A stretch of 64,000 nt of DNA from a virus (Duplodnaviria; Caudoviricetes): the IMG/VR virus record IMGVR_UViG_2857398645_000001. The stretch is one strand, 5' to 3'. Positions 46,226 through 55,488 of the stretch are shown here, in pieces. The position numbers and the translations under genes are program-made. Numbering within the stretch: position 1 is the first letter of the stretch; each line of letters begins with the position of its first letter. The notes under the pieces were generated by a model, which did not search any database, was not told the DNA's origin, and was given only the letters and a program-made list of their open reading frames with translations.

Positions 46226-46965
46226 GGCTGGTCCGCGGCCGGTTCGGTGAGGATGGGCCACCCGAAGTTGACGGTTCCGGCGCGGGGGTCGTCGTGCTTC
46301 TCCCAGTGGGCTTTGAGGCTGCGCGCTTGCTCCTCGGCCCAGTCCACTTGCAGGTCATGGAGCCGGTCCGGTGTGAGCTGTCCGATCCACGCGTGGCGTG
46401 CGCCGATCCGGTAGGCGACGCGGACCGCGGCCAGGGCGTCGGCCTCAGCCCCGTGTGCGTCCTGTTCGGACAGCTCCACTTTGTAGTGCCGGGCGACATC
46501 GACAAGCTTGCGGGAGCCCTTCCGGTACCGGTCCGCCTGCTTGTCGAGGATCTTCGGGTCGACCACCGGGCGTAGTTGCTCGATCTGCCCGGCGAGGCCG
46601 GGGTGGCCGTGCCGGTGCAGCTCGGAGGCGAGGAGGGTCAGGTCATAGGAGGCGTTCATGGCGATCGTGGTGGCGCCATCGTCGGCCAGGCCCAGGAGGG
46701 CGCGGGCGATCTCCGCGACCCCCTGTGCGGCGTCCTGCCCGCCTTCCCGGGCCTGGAGTGTCGTCACCCCGTGCACCGCGGCAGCTTCATCCGGGATGGA
46801 CACCCCGGGGTTGAGCAACCACGTGCGGGTCGCGGTTTCCCTGCCGCCGGCGCCGTCGATGTCGAGGACGGCCGCGGTGACGATCCGGTCCGAGAACGGG
46901 TCGGTTCCGGTGGTTTCCAGGTCGAACCCGGACAGGCGGCGGGTGAACCAGGGGGTGGGGGTCAT
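46222..46965 (-). CDS. DEDDh 3'-5' exonuclease (DnaQ-like)
   Basis: FDLETTG, NASYD, AHGAEADA motifs. Confidence 0.92.
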   Translation of the reverse strand: MTPTPWFTRRLSGFDLETTGTDPFSDRIVTAAVLDIDGAGGRETATRTWLLNPGVSIPDEAAAVHGVTTLQAREGGQDAAQGVAEIARALLGLADDGATTIAMNASYDLTLLASELHRHGHPGLAGQIEQLRPVVDPKILDKQADRYRKGSRKLVDVARHYKVELSEQDAHGAEADALAAVRVAYRIGARHAWIGQLTPDRLHDLQVDWAEEQARSLKAHWEKHDDPRAGTVNFGWPILTEPAADQP

Positions 46966-47154
46966 TTGGGGGTTCCTGTTCTAGTTCCGGGGCCGGGCGG
47001 GCAGGTGTCCCGCCCGGCCCCGGGTGTTGTGTCGGCGGGACTTAGGCGTAGGACGCACAGGCGGTGTTGATCTCGGCCTGGTCGGGGCCACCGAGGACGT
47101 TTGCTCTGCGCGTGTGGACAGGGTGGCCGTGTGGAAGCGGTAGAGGTTCGGTCG

Positions 47155-47466
47155 TCACGTCTCCTCCCCCGCGAGCACGTACCGGGTCGTGACGACCTGG
47201 CGCTCCTCGACCTGGTGCACGGTCACCGGCCCCCCTGCGGGGAACAGGTCCACGTCCTGGTACTCGGTGAGGCCGAGCTGGTAGCGCAGCACCCAGAGGG
47301 TGGTGTCGCTGTCGCGGCGCACGATCAGCTCGTGGACCGACACCCACCGGCGGGTCTCGACCAGTTCTGTGTGGACCGGTGTGTAGCCGCCGAAGGGCTT
47401 CATGCTGTAGCTCAGGTCGACGAGGGCTTCGGCGGTGTCGAGGGGGATGGTGTGGGTGATGGCCAC
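47155..47466 (-). CDS. Hypothetical protein
   Basis: GAGGAG RBS; RRWVSVHELIV..YQLGLTEYQD. Confidence 0.65.
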   Translation of the reverse strand: MAITHTIPLDTAEALVDLSYSMKPFGGYTPVHTELVETRRWVSVHELIVRRDSDTTLWVLRYQLGLTEYQDVDLFPAGGPVTVHQVEERQVVTTRYVLAGEET

Positions 47467-47828
47467 GCGGGGTCTCCTCATGGTGCGTAGGGGCGGTTGC
47501 GGCGTTTGCCAGCAATGGGTTGTGTCGGTCACGTGTCAGGGGCGTCAGGCCAGCACAGCGGGCAATCGCATTCGGTCGACTCGTAGCCCAGGTCGTAGAG
47601 GCATTCGTCCTCAGGGGCACCCTCGTATCGGCGCAGACGTGCTGCTTCGCGGGTCCGCTCGCTCATTCGCTTCTCCTTCTCGGGCAGTGGCGCGGGCGCC
47701 ACCCCGGGCGGGCCGCTGGTGGGTGTAGCCGAGTTCGACGAGGTAGGCGCGGCGCTTCATGGGGTCCACGTGGTCCTCCTTAAGTGCGTGTGGCCCGCCC
47801 TGGCCCTGCGAGGGCGGGCCGGTGTGGG

Positions 47829-48257
47829 TTAGGCGGTGGGGTTTTGGGGGACCAGGCGCCACCACTTGCCGTCAGCGGCGACCGGCGTGCCGGTCCGGGC
47901 GGCCTCCGCGACCACCCGGGCGGCGTCAGAGATCGCGGGTTCGCCGATGATCCGACCCTCCTCGGTGGTCTTGGGCGGGGCTGGGGTGTCCGTGGTGATC
48001 AGGTGGTAGTAGGGGCCGCGGTCGTCGATGCGGATCGGCATGCCGACCTCGGCGTGGTGGCGGACAGTGTCCAGTGCGCCCTGCACGTCGCGGTTGGCGA
48101 AGGGGGCCTCCAGCCCGGCGCGCATCCGGATCATGAGGGCCTTGATGAGGTCGTCGCGGTCGGCGGTGCGCCATTGCTCCTGGGTGCCGTCGAGGACATC
48201 GCGGAGCGCGCTTTCGATCTGGTCGTAGAGGTGGTCGGTCGGTCCGGGCCAGGCCAT
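47829..48257 (-). CDS. Hypothetical protein
   Basis: AAGGAGG RBS. Confidence 0.65.
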   Translation of the reverse strand: MAWPGPTDHLYDQIESALRDVLDGTQEQWRTADRDDLIKALMIRMRAGLEAPFANRDVQGALDTVRHHAEVGMPIRIDDRGPYYHLITTDTPAPPKTTEEGRIIGEPAISDAARVVAEAARTGTPVAADGKWWRLVPQNPTA

Positions 48258-48324
48258 CGGTGCCTCCTTGGTGGTGCGGCTGGGTGTCGTGCCCGCCCCC
48301 GGCATTCCTTGCCGTGTGCGGTTG

Positions 48325-48579
48325 CTAGGCGTCGGCTTCCTTGGCGACGGCGGCGTAGGAGTCGATGTGGCCGCAGGGGGTGTCCCAGACGTGGGTGGCG
48401 TACCACTCTCCGTCGTCGTGCTGGTTGAAGACGCGGGGCGTGCCGCGGGGGCCGCCGCATCGCGGGCAGGTGGCCGAAATGGTGACAGTGCGGGTCACGG
48501 GACGGAGCGGGCCGGAGCCCCACGGGGCCTCGGCTGCGCGGTCACGGATGCGGACGGTCATGGTAGGGCTATCGCTCAT
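48325..48579 (-). CDS. Small zinc-binding protein
   Basis: CPRCGGPRG..PCGH. Confidence 0.65.
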   Translation of the reverse strand: MSDSPTMTVRIRDRAAEAPWGSGPLRPVTRTVTISATCPRCGGPRGTPRVFNQHDDGEWYATHVWDTPCGHIDSYAAVAKEADA

Positions 48580-48859
48580 CGGTGCCTTCCTTCGCGGGGG
48601 TGGCCCCGGGTGACGACGCCCGGGTGTGGTGGCGGAACCCGGCCGGGATCATCCGTGTGGTCTTCCGGGTGAGTTCGCGCTCGTGAAGGACGAGTGCGAC
48701 CTCGGCGGGGTCCTGGCGCTGGTCCATGGCGGGACCGATCACGAACCACCGGTCAGCGCGGGTGATCTCCAGGTCGCGGCCGAGGTCGGCGCACGCGTCC
48801 AACACGGCTTCGGTGTAGTCGTCCAGGCGACGGGCCTGTTCGGTGTTGTCGGTGGTCAT
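48569..48859 (-). CDS. Hypothetical protein
   Basis: ORF coupled to the downstream gene. Confidence 0.55.
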   Translation of the reverse strand: MTTDNTEQARRLDDYTEAVLDACADLGRDLEITRADRWFVIGPAMDQRQDPAEVALVLHERELTRKTTRMIPAGFRHHTRASSPGATPAKEGTDER

Positions 48860-48929
48860 GGTGGTTCTCTCTCGGGGGTGCGGCCCCGACCACAACAGGG
48901 GGCCGGGGCCGCGTCTCGGAGTACGGCGT

Positions 48930-49706
48930 CTACTTCTTGCGTCCGGAGTCCCGACGCTTCAGGGTCCGCTCGTAGTCGGTGAAACGGGCTTTCGCTATCA
49001 CCGACCGGTCGACGCTGCGCAGCACGATCCCCTCGGGTCGGCCGCCCGCTCCGTCGTCCAGCGCCACACGGGTCGACGGGAGCCGTTCGGCGAGGAAGTC
49101 CCGCATCGGCGCGATGCCACTCGGCAGGTCGGCGGCGTTGATGGCGCCGAGCCGCGGAGTGAGGGGGATCTGCTCCTTATCAGCCACCACGTGCAACGCG
49201 TCCTCGGGTAGGAAGGACTGCCCGCCCTCCTCGCGCCACGCGGAGATGCGGGCACGGTCCCAGCCCATAAGGCTGCCTGGCACATCGGCGACGTCGAACA
49301 TGCGGTACCCGACCGTGCGCTGGCCGGTGTACTGCTTACTGGCTCCGGTGACCTTCCCGCCGTACACCTCGAGGTAGTAGACGCGCACCCCCTCGTCGGG
49401 CGGTGTGATGCGGTCGGCCAGGTCCCGTAGGGCGTCCACGATCCCCAGTGCCGGGTTCGCGATGAGGTCGCCCCGGGCGTGGAGAAGTTCCTCGCGGCTG
49501 CCGATGAGGTAATCCCCGGTGGGGAAGATGATGAGGCGCGAGTTCGTACCGTCCACCTTCTCCGTCAGAATCACCTCCCCTGCGAATTCGGTGGCCGTCT
49601 CCAGCAGGCCGCCGTTCTTCTTGTCGAGCTCGTGGTAGGTGGAGATCGACGGGTACTTCGTGGCGGAGTTCAGGGCGTCCAGGTCGATGGTTCGGGGGTC
49701 GATCAT
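48930..49706 (-). CDS. ATP-dependent RNA ligase family protein
   Basis: KYPSI, TEKVDGTN (motif I), LEVYG, MFDV, EGIVLR, IAK. Confidence 0.85.
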   Translation of the reverse strand: MIDPRTIDLDALNSATKYPSISTYHELDKKNGGLLETATEFAGEVILTEKVDGTNSRLIIFPTGDYLIGSREELLHARGDLIANPALGIVDALRDLADRITPPDEGVRVYYLEVYGGKVTGASKQYTGQRTVGYRMFDVADVPGSLMGWDRARISAWREEGGQSFLPEDALHVVADKEQIPLTPRLGAINAADLPSGIAPMRDFLAERLPSTRVALDDGAGGRPEGIVLRSVDRSVIAKARFTDYERTLKRRDSGRKK

Positions 49707-49790
49707 CGGGTGTTCCTTTCTCTTATGGGTCCTGCTTCGGCGGACGACGTGTCCCACAACAGGGAGCAGGTTTCGTGGGATCGGGGGCGC

Positions 49791-50219
49791 TCAGGACCGC
49801 CCAGTACGAGGCGGTTGGAAGGTCCACCACCCGTCGTAGCCCTCGGGCACGGTGGGGAAGGCGTCCAGCATGGGGCGCAGCACCGACAAATGCCGCTCCA
49901 TCACCTCGGGCTCCTGGGCGCCCCAGTAGCGTTGCCCGTCCCACCGGCCGTGGCAGTCGCCGCCGTAGCGGCCGTCGAGGTCCGCGCCCAACACGTCGAG
50001 CGGGTCGTCGAGGTCGAGGAGCCGGGGTAGGTAGTGGCTCCACAGCTTGAGGTCTCCGATGCACGCCCGAGTCACGCCGCCCTGCCTGCGGTACCAGACC
50101 GCGTTGGCCTGTCCGGTGAAGGCGATGCGGTCGCCGCGTGGGTGCTGGGTGCCGGTGATCGTGGCGAGGTCGATGGCGTAGAGGCCTCGGGAGATCAGGA
50201 ATCGGGTTTCGCGGTGCAC
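49791..50219 (-). CDS. Hypothetical protein
   Basis: GTG start after AAGAGAG; Trp/Gly-rich globular composition. Confidence 0.6.
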   Translation of the reverse strand: MHRETRFLISRGLYAIDLATITGTQHPRGDRIAFTGQANAVWYRRQGGVTRACIGDLKLWSHYLPRLLDLDDPLDVLGADLDGRYGGDCHGRWDGQRYWGAQEPEVMERHLSVLRPMLDAFPTVPEGYDGWWTFQPPRTGRS

Positions 50220-50422
50220 GTTGGTTCTCTCTTGTCGGGTGTGCGGGCTGTAGCTAGAGGGGTGAGCACGACATCGCCGACGTCGCGGGGGGCGAGCTTG
50301 TTCAGGTGCCGACCGCAGGCTTTGGCCTCGCCCGGGTACCGCCACAGGAGTTGCCACGTCGCTGGGTGCGAGCACTCGTCGCACCAGGGGCCGGGGTGGG
50401 TGTCGCGGTAGTAGCGCATCAC
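50195..50422 (-). CDS. Small zinc-binding protein
   Basis: WCDEC..ACGRH. Confidence 0.5.
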   Translation of the reverse strand: MMRYYRDTHPGPWCDECSHPATWQLLWRYPGEAKACGRHLNKLAPRDVGDVVLTPLATARTPDKREPTCTAKPDS

Positions 50423-50916
50423 GCAACCTCCGCGTAGAAAGGGGCGTCGAACAGCTCATCCGGCCAGTTCTCGGGGCGCAGCCACTCCCACCGCAGCCAC
50501 CGGTCGGTGGTGACGCTGTCCAGCACCTCGTCATCGGTGATGGGGGTGGCGCGGGTCTCCGGCGGGACCGTGCCCGGGGTGAAGGGGTCGCCCGGGTCCT
50601 GGTGGTCGGGGCCGACGACGCGGTACCGGTGTGCGTTGTAGCCGTTGGCGCGGTGCCACTCGGCGCGTTCGGCGCGCCTTCGGCGCATACGGTCCAGGAT
50701 CTGGGCTTCCGTGGGGTGCGCGAACGTGTGCCAGCCAACTCCGGTCTTGTACCGGCTCCAGTGCTCACGAGCGCTCACCCCGCACCACCGGCACCCTGAC
50801 GGCGCCCTGTCACCGAACGGGGGTTTCGGTGCGAGCTTCCCGGCTGCTTTGGCTTCGGCCACGTCGGCGGACCCGGAGCCATTGCAGGCGGGGCATGGGC
50901 GGGTGAGCGGGGTCAT
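50419..50916 (-). CDS. Cys-containing hypothetical protein
   Basis: CPACNGSG and PSGCRWCG motifs. Confidence 0.6.
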   Translation of the reverse strand: MTPLTRPCPACNGSGSADVAEAKAAGKLAPKPPFGDRAPSGCRWCGVSAREHWSRYKTGVGWHTFAHPTEAQILDRMRRRRAERAEWHRANGYNAHRYRVVGPDHQDPGDPFTPGTVPPETRATPITDDEVLDSVTTDRWLRWEWLRPENWPDELFDAPFYAEVA

Positions 50917-51011
50917 TTCTCGATCTTTCTGTGTGCGGTGGTCCCGGGGCCGCCCCCACCCGAAAACCGTGGGGCGGCCCCGGGTGAGCTAGAGGTAGGT
51001 GATGTCGGCGG

Positions 51012-51374
51012 TTAGGGGGCGGTGTGTTCGGCGTCGGCCAGGTAGGCCCGGGCGCGCGCGATCGCGGGATTCTCCCCGGCGGGTTGCTGGGTTCCGGGGT
51101 CAAGGTGCTCGATACCGTCCAGCCACCCGTGGCGGCGGCCCACAGCAAGGTCGGCGCCTTCGGACGGGTAGCCGAGGACGAGGGCCCAGCGCAGGCGGGC
51201 GCGGGCGAGCTTGTCACCAGGCCCCCACTCGCGGGAGTGGGCGGCCCAGCGTTTGGCTTCGGCGAGGTCTTCCCAGGCGCGGCGGACCTCCGCGATGACG
51301 GTCCGCCGGATCTCCGCGTAGCGGGGGTCGGCCTCCCCGAGGGGGACCTGCCCGGGGATGCGGCGCCGGTTCAC
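51012..51374 (-). CDS. Hypothetical protein
   Basis: GTGA-coupled ORF. Confidence 0.55.
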   Translation of the reverse strand: MNRRRIPGQVPLGEADPRYAEIRRTVIAEVRRAWEDLAEAKRWAAHSREWGPGDKLARARLRWALVLGYPSEGADLAVGRRHGWLDGIEHLDPGTQQPAGENPAIARARAYLADAEHTAP

Positions 51375-51655
51375 CGGTCCGCCGGGGGGTCGGGGACCGG
51401 AACGAACCCGTTGGCCTCCAGGTGCTTTTCCACGTAGAACCGGCCGTCGGGTTTCCGCACGATGTAGTCATCGACGGTGGCGTTCCTCCGGAACCGGAAC
51501 GCGGCGCCGTGGATGAGCGGCAGCACGATCCAGGGGTCTCCGAAAGCGTCACGTCCGCCGACCCGGCCTCCGGCCCATTGGGCGACCTGTTCGGCGTTGT
51601 CGGGGGTGATTCGGACGGCTCGCACTTCGAGCCGGTACACGGTGGGGGTTATCAA
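51371..51655 (-). CDS. Conserved phage hypothetical protein
   Basis: VRAVRIT..VAQWAGG..DYIVRKPDGRFY. Confidence 0.6.
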   Translation of the reverse strand: MITPTVYRLEVRAVRITPDNAEQVAQWAGGRVGGRDAFGDPWIVLPLIHGAAFRFRRNATVDDYIVRKPDGRFYVEKHLEANGFVPVPDPPADR

Positions 51656-51686
51656 GGGGTCCTGCCTCTCCGGGGGATGGGTGGGG

Positions 51687-51926
51687 TCAGGTGGTGGAGG
51701 CGGCGGCCATCTCACGCACGTGCGCCTCTTCGCGGAGGGCCCGCGCGAAGCGTTCGGCGGCGCGGGCGAGCTCTTCGACCTGGGCGGGGGTGGCATCGTC
51801 GGCGGGCCGGATCACGGTGTCGCTGACCTCTTCCAATCCGCGGCCCAGGTGGAGTTCGGGCAGCGGCTGCTGTGGGGTGTCGGCCCAGGCGTCGGGTGTG
51901 GACTGGGCGAGGATGATGCAGGTCAT
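51687..51926 (-). CDS. Hypothetical protein
   Basis: GAGGAG RBS. Confidence 0.55.
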   Translation of the reverse strand: MTCIILAQSTPDAWADTPQQPLPELHLGRGLEEVSDTVIRPADDATPAQVEELARAAERFARALREEAHVREMAAASTT

Positions 51927-51995
51927 AAGGGGCTCCTCAGGGGTGGGAGTTGGAGGGGTGGCCCCGGCGCGAGGGGGAAAGGCGCCGGGGCCGGT

Positions 51996-52331
51996 TCACC
52001 CCCACGCCACGTCGGCGCCGCGGTGGTGCACCCATTCGGCGAGGTCGTGGAGTTCACGCAGCCGCATGGCCAGAAGGCCGGGGCTGCGCCCTCCGTAGAC
52101 CACGCGCCCGTCGTGGACGGGCGGTCGGCCGTGGGCGTCGTCCGTTGCGGTGTCGACGAGCGCGAGGGCGGTCAGGACCCGCCCCAGGAAGACCGGGGCG
52201 GGTTCTACACCGCCGGGGTAGTCGGTGTCGTGCCCGAGGAGTCCGAGAAGCGTGGCGGCGTTGCCGTTGTTCACGTTGACCTGCGGGTCGTTGTCACCGA
52301 GGTGGCCGGCGGGGTAGAAGGTGACGGACAT
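51996..52331 (-). CDS. Hypothetical protein
   Basis: GGAGGA RBS; VNVNNGNAATLLGLLG. Confidence 0.65.
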   Translation of the reverse strand: MSVTFYPAGHLGDNDPQVNVNNGNAATLLGLLGHDTDYPGGVEPAPVFLGRVLTALALVDTATDDAHGRPPVHDGRVVYGGRSPGLLAMRLRELHDLAEWVHHRGADVAWG

Positions 52332-52449
52332 GTGTTCCTCCCTTTGTGTTGGAATCGGTGGCCGTTCGGTGGCCGGGAGGAACGGGTGTCCGTTGTGGGG
52401 TCCGCTGTTGAGTTGTCAAGGATCTGAGCTTGGGGGTTCACCCCCGCAC

Positions 52450-52490
52450 TGTGTATATACACACTATCATGGGCTCTGTATATACACAAC
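52450..52490 (-). promoter_or_regulatory. Promoter TTGTGT-17-TAGTGT with two TGTATATACA palindromes
   Basis: Read directly; a second copy lies at 54191..54231. Confidence 0.8.
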
Positions 52491-52495
52491 TCGTG

Positions 52496-53023
52496 TCATG
52501 CAGCCTCCCCCGAGGCATCGCCCGAACCGATCTCGTGCCTCAACACCTCCCCCAACAACAGCTCCCCCCGCTCGAAAGCGCACCGCATCGCCTCGAACGC
52601 CGCCTCGCGCTCCGGCCCCTCCTCCGGCCGGTCAACCCGCACCGGCGACGGCTTGCTCTCCACCTCCGCCCACGGCACCGGCACGATCTCCCCACGCACC
52701 ACCACCCCGCCGTACTGGCGAACCTGGTCCTTCACCGACTTCAACGTGGAAGGCCGGATCACCTCGACCACCTCATCGGCCATGTGCTCCTTGGCCCACG
52801 CCACCGCCGCCGCCTCATCGACCCGCACCGAGCGCGTGTCCTTGGGCTGGGAGACGGTCCCCACCCGAACCAGGCGGCCATCCGGCCCCGGCAAGGCGAC
52901 GCCCGAGCGGTCGCCCTCCATCAGCCCGGCCCCGGCCTCGGCACGCACCCGGTCATAGACGTCAGCGACCTCTCCTTTCAGCATCGCCAGCACTGCGGCA
53001 CGGAGCTTGGGGTCAGGCTGCAT
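52496..53023 (-). CDS. Hypothetical protein in recombination module
   Basis: Follows the annealase; VDEAAAVAW..EVIRPS..GEIVP. Confidence 0.65.
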   Translation of the reverse strand: MQPDPKLRAAVLAMLKGEVADVYDRVRAEAGAGLMEGDRSGVALPGPDGRLVRVGTVSQPKDTRSVRVDEAAAVAWAKEHMADEVVEVIRPSTLKSVKDQVRQYGGVVVRGEIVPVPWAEVESKPSPVRVDRPEEGPEREAAFEAMRCAFERGELLLGEVLRHEIGSGDASGEAA

Positions 53024-53810
53024 CGGACATCTCCTCTTCCTTCTTGTTCTGGGTGAGCATGCGGCGGCGCTTGTCGATCTCGGCGCGCAGCCCCTTGCCG
53101 TCGTGCTGGGTCATCTCCAACGCGTCGTATTTCGCTTTGGCCTCGGCTTCCAGGACGACCAGCTCAGCGTCGTCCTCAGCCCCCTGGGCGCGGCGCAGGG
53201 CGTCCAGCAGCCACGCCTTGTCGGTGACGCGCTCGGGCTGCTCGCCCTTGCGCAGGCGCCGCCGAGCCTTGCCCCCTTGGGCGATCGCGTTCTCGGCCGT
53301 GGGGTCGGCGCGCTCCCCCTTGGACCACAGGTTGAGCGCGACCCCGAAGCGCATAGCGGCGTTGCGAAGGGCGTCACCAATGAGCACCTTGACCGCGTCG
53401 GCCTGGTTCGACGGGCAGGACCCGTAGCCCTTGCGGGTGATGCCGCCGACGGTCAGGGTGATCCACAAGCCGACCGGGTTGCCGTTGCGGTCGTGGTCGA
53501 GGATGGGCATCCCGTTGTCGTCGGTAGCGAGGAAGTCCCAGTTCCACGCGGGGTCGACGTCGAGAAGGCGGCCGGTGACATCGGCGTGTCCGACGAAGTC
53601 GATGTGGATGTGCTGGGGGCTGATCCACTGGTCGCACACCTTGCACCTGGACTTGCTGTGCTTGGCGCATTCGCCGGACCGGGATTCGCGGCAGCCTCCG
53701 CAGGTGACGCGGGGCAGCTTCCCGACGACGTCGTCGGAGAAGTGGGCGCGCAGCCGGTTGGAGGTGTCCAGGAGGGCCTGGAGCGCGTCTGTGTCACTCG
53801 GTGTGGTCAT
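53013..53810 (-). CDS. Rad52/Rad22-like single-strand annealing protein
   Basis: DFVGHADVTGRLLDVDPAWNW, LTVGGITRKGYG, GDALRNAAMRFGVALNLW. Confidence 0.85.
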   Translation of the reverse strand: MTTPSDTDALQALLDTSNRLRAHFSDDVVGKLPRVTCGGCRESRSGECAKHSKSRCKVCDQWISPQHIHIDFVGHADVTGRLLDVDPAWNWDFLATDDNGMPILDHDRNGNPVGLWITLTVGGITRKGYGSCPSNQADAVKVLIGDALRNAAMRFGVALNLWSKGERADPTAENAIAQGGKARRRLRKGEQPERVTDKAWLLDALRRAQGAEDDAELVVLEAEAKAKYDALEMTQHDGKGLRAEIDKRRRMLTQNKKEEEMSDAA

Positions 53811-53881
53811 TGGTTCCTTTCTTGGGTCGGCAGGAAGCAGGGGGCCGCCCCGGGGACGGTCCGGGGCGGCCCGGGTGGGGG

Positions 53882-54145
53882 TCAGTCGTCCCAGTGGCCG
53901 GGGGCTCCGCAGTCGGGGCTGGCGAAGTGGTCGAGGGCGAGGTCGTCGATCTCGTTGATCAGGGCGGTGGTGATGGCGAGGGTGCCGTCCAGTTCGTAGA
54001 GGACTTCGTTGCAGGTGCACCGCACGTCGCACAGGCCGATCTCCAGTGCGCCGGGGAGTTCGTTGAGCAGGGCCTCGTAGAAGGCCTCTCTCATGTCGTC
54101 GGTGTCGATGAGGTGGGTGGCCGGGGCGGTGAGGGTGGTGGTCAT
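53882..54145 (-). CDS. Small acidic protein
   Basis: GGAGGA RBS; 5' leader similar to that of 37146..37562. Confidence 0.7.
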   Translation of the reverse strand: MTTTLTAPATHLIDTDDMREAFYEALLNELPGALEIGLCDVRCTCNEVLYELDGTLAITTALINEIDDLALDHFASPDCGAPGHWDD

Positions 54146-54190
54146 GGGGTCCTCCGTGGGGTGGTGGGCGGGGGTTTCCCGTCCCCCGCT

Positions 54191-54231
54191 ATGTATATAC
54201 ACAATAGCATCATCTCTGTATATACACAAAC
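54191..54231 (-). promoter_or_regulatory. Promoter TTGTGT-17-TATTGT with two TGTATATACA palindromes
   Basis: Read directly; divergent from the RHH gene. Confidence 0.8.
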
Positions 54232-54304
54232 CCTGGCCCCGCCAACCAGCCCCTTCCCACCCCTCCCGTGCTAACCTCACCCGCGCATATACACAGGAGA
54301 GGCC

Positions 54305-54571
54305 ATGACCGACACACCCCAGCAGCCCCCCAGCAAGAAGCGGACTCCCCTGCGGCCCATCAGGGTCGACGACGACATCTGGGAGCCCTACAAAGCCATC
54401 TGCGCACGCGACAGCACCGACGCGACCAACGACCTCCTCGGCCACATCGGCCGACGGATTCTCGAGAGCGGAACCCCCGAAGAGATCGAGCGCTACAAAA
54501 GGGGCGTCGCCGCACAAGAGGAACGTCGTTCCCGCGTCATCGGCGCCCGCAAGAAAAAGTCCGACGACTAA
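54305..54571 (+). CDS. Ribbon-helix-helix DNA-binding protein
   Basis: RTPLRPIRVDDDIWE..ICAR; AGGAG RBS. Confidence 0.75.
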   Translation: MTDTPQQPPSKKRTPLRPIRVDDDIWEPYKAICARDSTDATNDLLGHIGRRILESGTPEEIERYKRGVAAQEERRSRVIGARKKKSDD

Positions 54572-54762
54572 CGGCACCCCGGGCACAGGTCGGGCCGACG
54601 CTCCTGGGTGCGGTGCGAGGCGTACCACCCCTCAGCCCGAGCCGCCGCACGCGCATCCGACGCCAAACGCGGCAGCTCGCTGGGGTAGTGCACCGCCCCG
54701 CACCGGTGGCACGCCACCACATACACCGGGCCGCCCTGGTGTTCATAGCGGTGAACTGTCAC
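54568..54762 (-). CDS. Small zinc-binding protein
   Basis: CHRC..AEGW..DLCPGC. Confidence 0.6.
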   Translation of the reverse strand: MTVHRYEHQGGPVYVVACHRCGAVHYPSELPRLASDARAAARAEGWYASHRTQERRPDLCPGCR

Positions 54763-55148
54763 TGCGGACCTCCGGCCTCCCCAGTGCGGGGCGCTTCGTC
54801 CACGCATCGGTGGTGACCAACCGCCGTCACCAGATCGGCGAGCGTGTCCCCCGCTTCGGCGAACGCCCCGAACTCGCTGAACAGGCGCGAGCTGCCAGCG
54901 GCACAGTCGAGGTGAGCCAGCTCCAGGCCGGTGCCGCTCTTGAGCTCGAACCGCGACAGCCACCCCGGCAACGGCCGCGTCCCTGGCGGCTTGGGTTCCG
55001 CCAAGGCGCTCCGGGCCGCAGCGGCGATCCGTTCGGCGTCCTCCCGCAGCGCGGCCACCTCGCCGGACATGGAGTGCCCGGGGGCGTCCGGCTGGTGCAG
55101 CTCCACCAACACGTCCAGCACGGCCCGGGTGACAGGGTCCATGTTCAA
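54759..55148 (-). CDS. Hypothetical protein
   Basis: Coupled ORF. Confidence 0.55.
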   Translation of the reverse strand: MNMDPVTRAVLDVLVELHQPDAPGHSMSGEVAALREDAERIAAAARSALAEPKPPGTRPLPGWLSRFELKSGTGLELAHLDCAAGSSRLFSEFGAFAEAGDTLADLVTAVGHHRCVDEAPRTGEAGGPQ

Positions 55149-55408
55149 CGGTCCCCCTCGGTGGCCGAGATGAGCCGGTACCCGGCACGCCGGGGTGTCC
55201 CCAGGTGCGTTGTGCCGGTTGGGTGCAGGTCCGCGACCAGGAGGCGGCGGGGGTACTTGCCGGTGTGTGCGTCAACGACGACAGCGCGGGTGCTGCCAGG
55301 GGTGTAGTCGATGACCCGGATCGCGCGCTCGGGGTGGCGGGGGTCGCAGCACTGGTAGACGTGGCCGGCACGCACTGGGGCCGGGGAGGTGGGGGCGAGG
55401 GTGCCCAC
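55145..55408 (-). CDS. Hypothetical protein
   Basis: GHVYQCCDPR..IRV..RRAGYRL. Confidence 0.6.
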   Translation of the reverse strand: MGTLAPTSPAPVRAGHVYQCCDPRHPERAIRVIDYTPGSTRAVVVDAHTGKYPRRLLVADLHPTGTTHLGTPRRAGYRLISATEGDR

Positions 55409-55488
55409 GGGTGTTCTCCTCACACGGGTTTCTGGGGGGGCCGTGCCGTGCAGGCGAACACGGCACGGCCCCGGATCGAATTCGGGGG

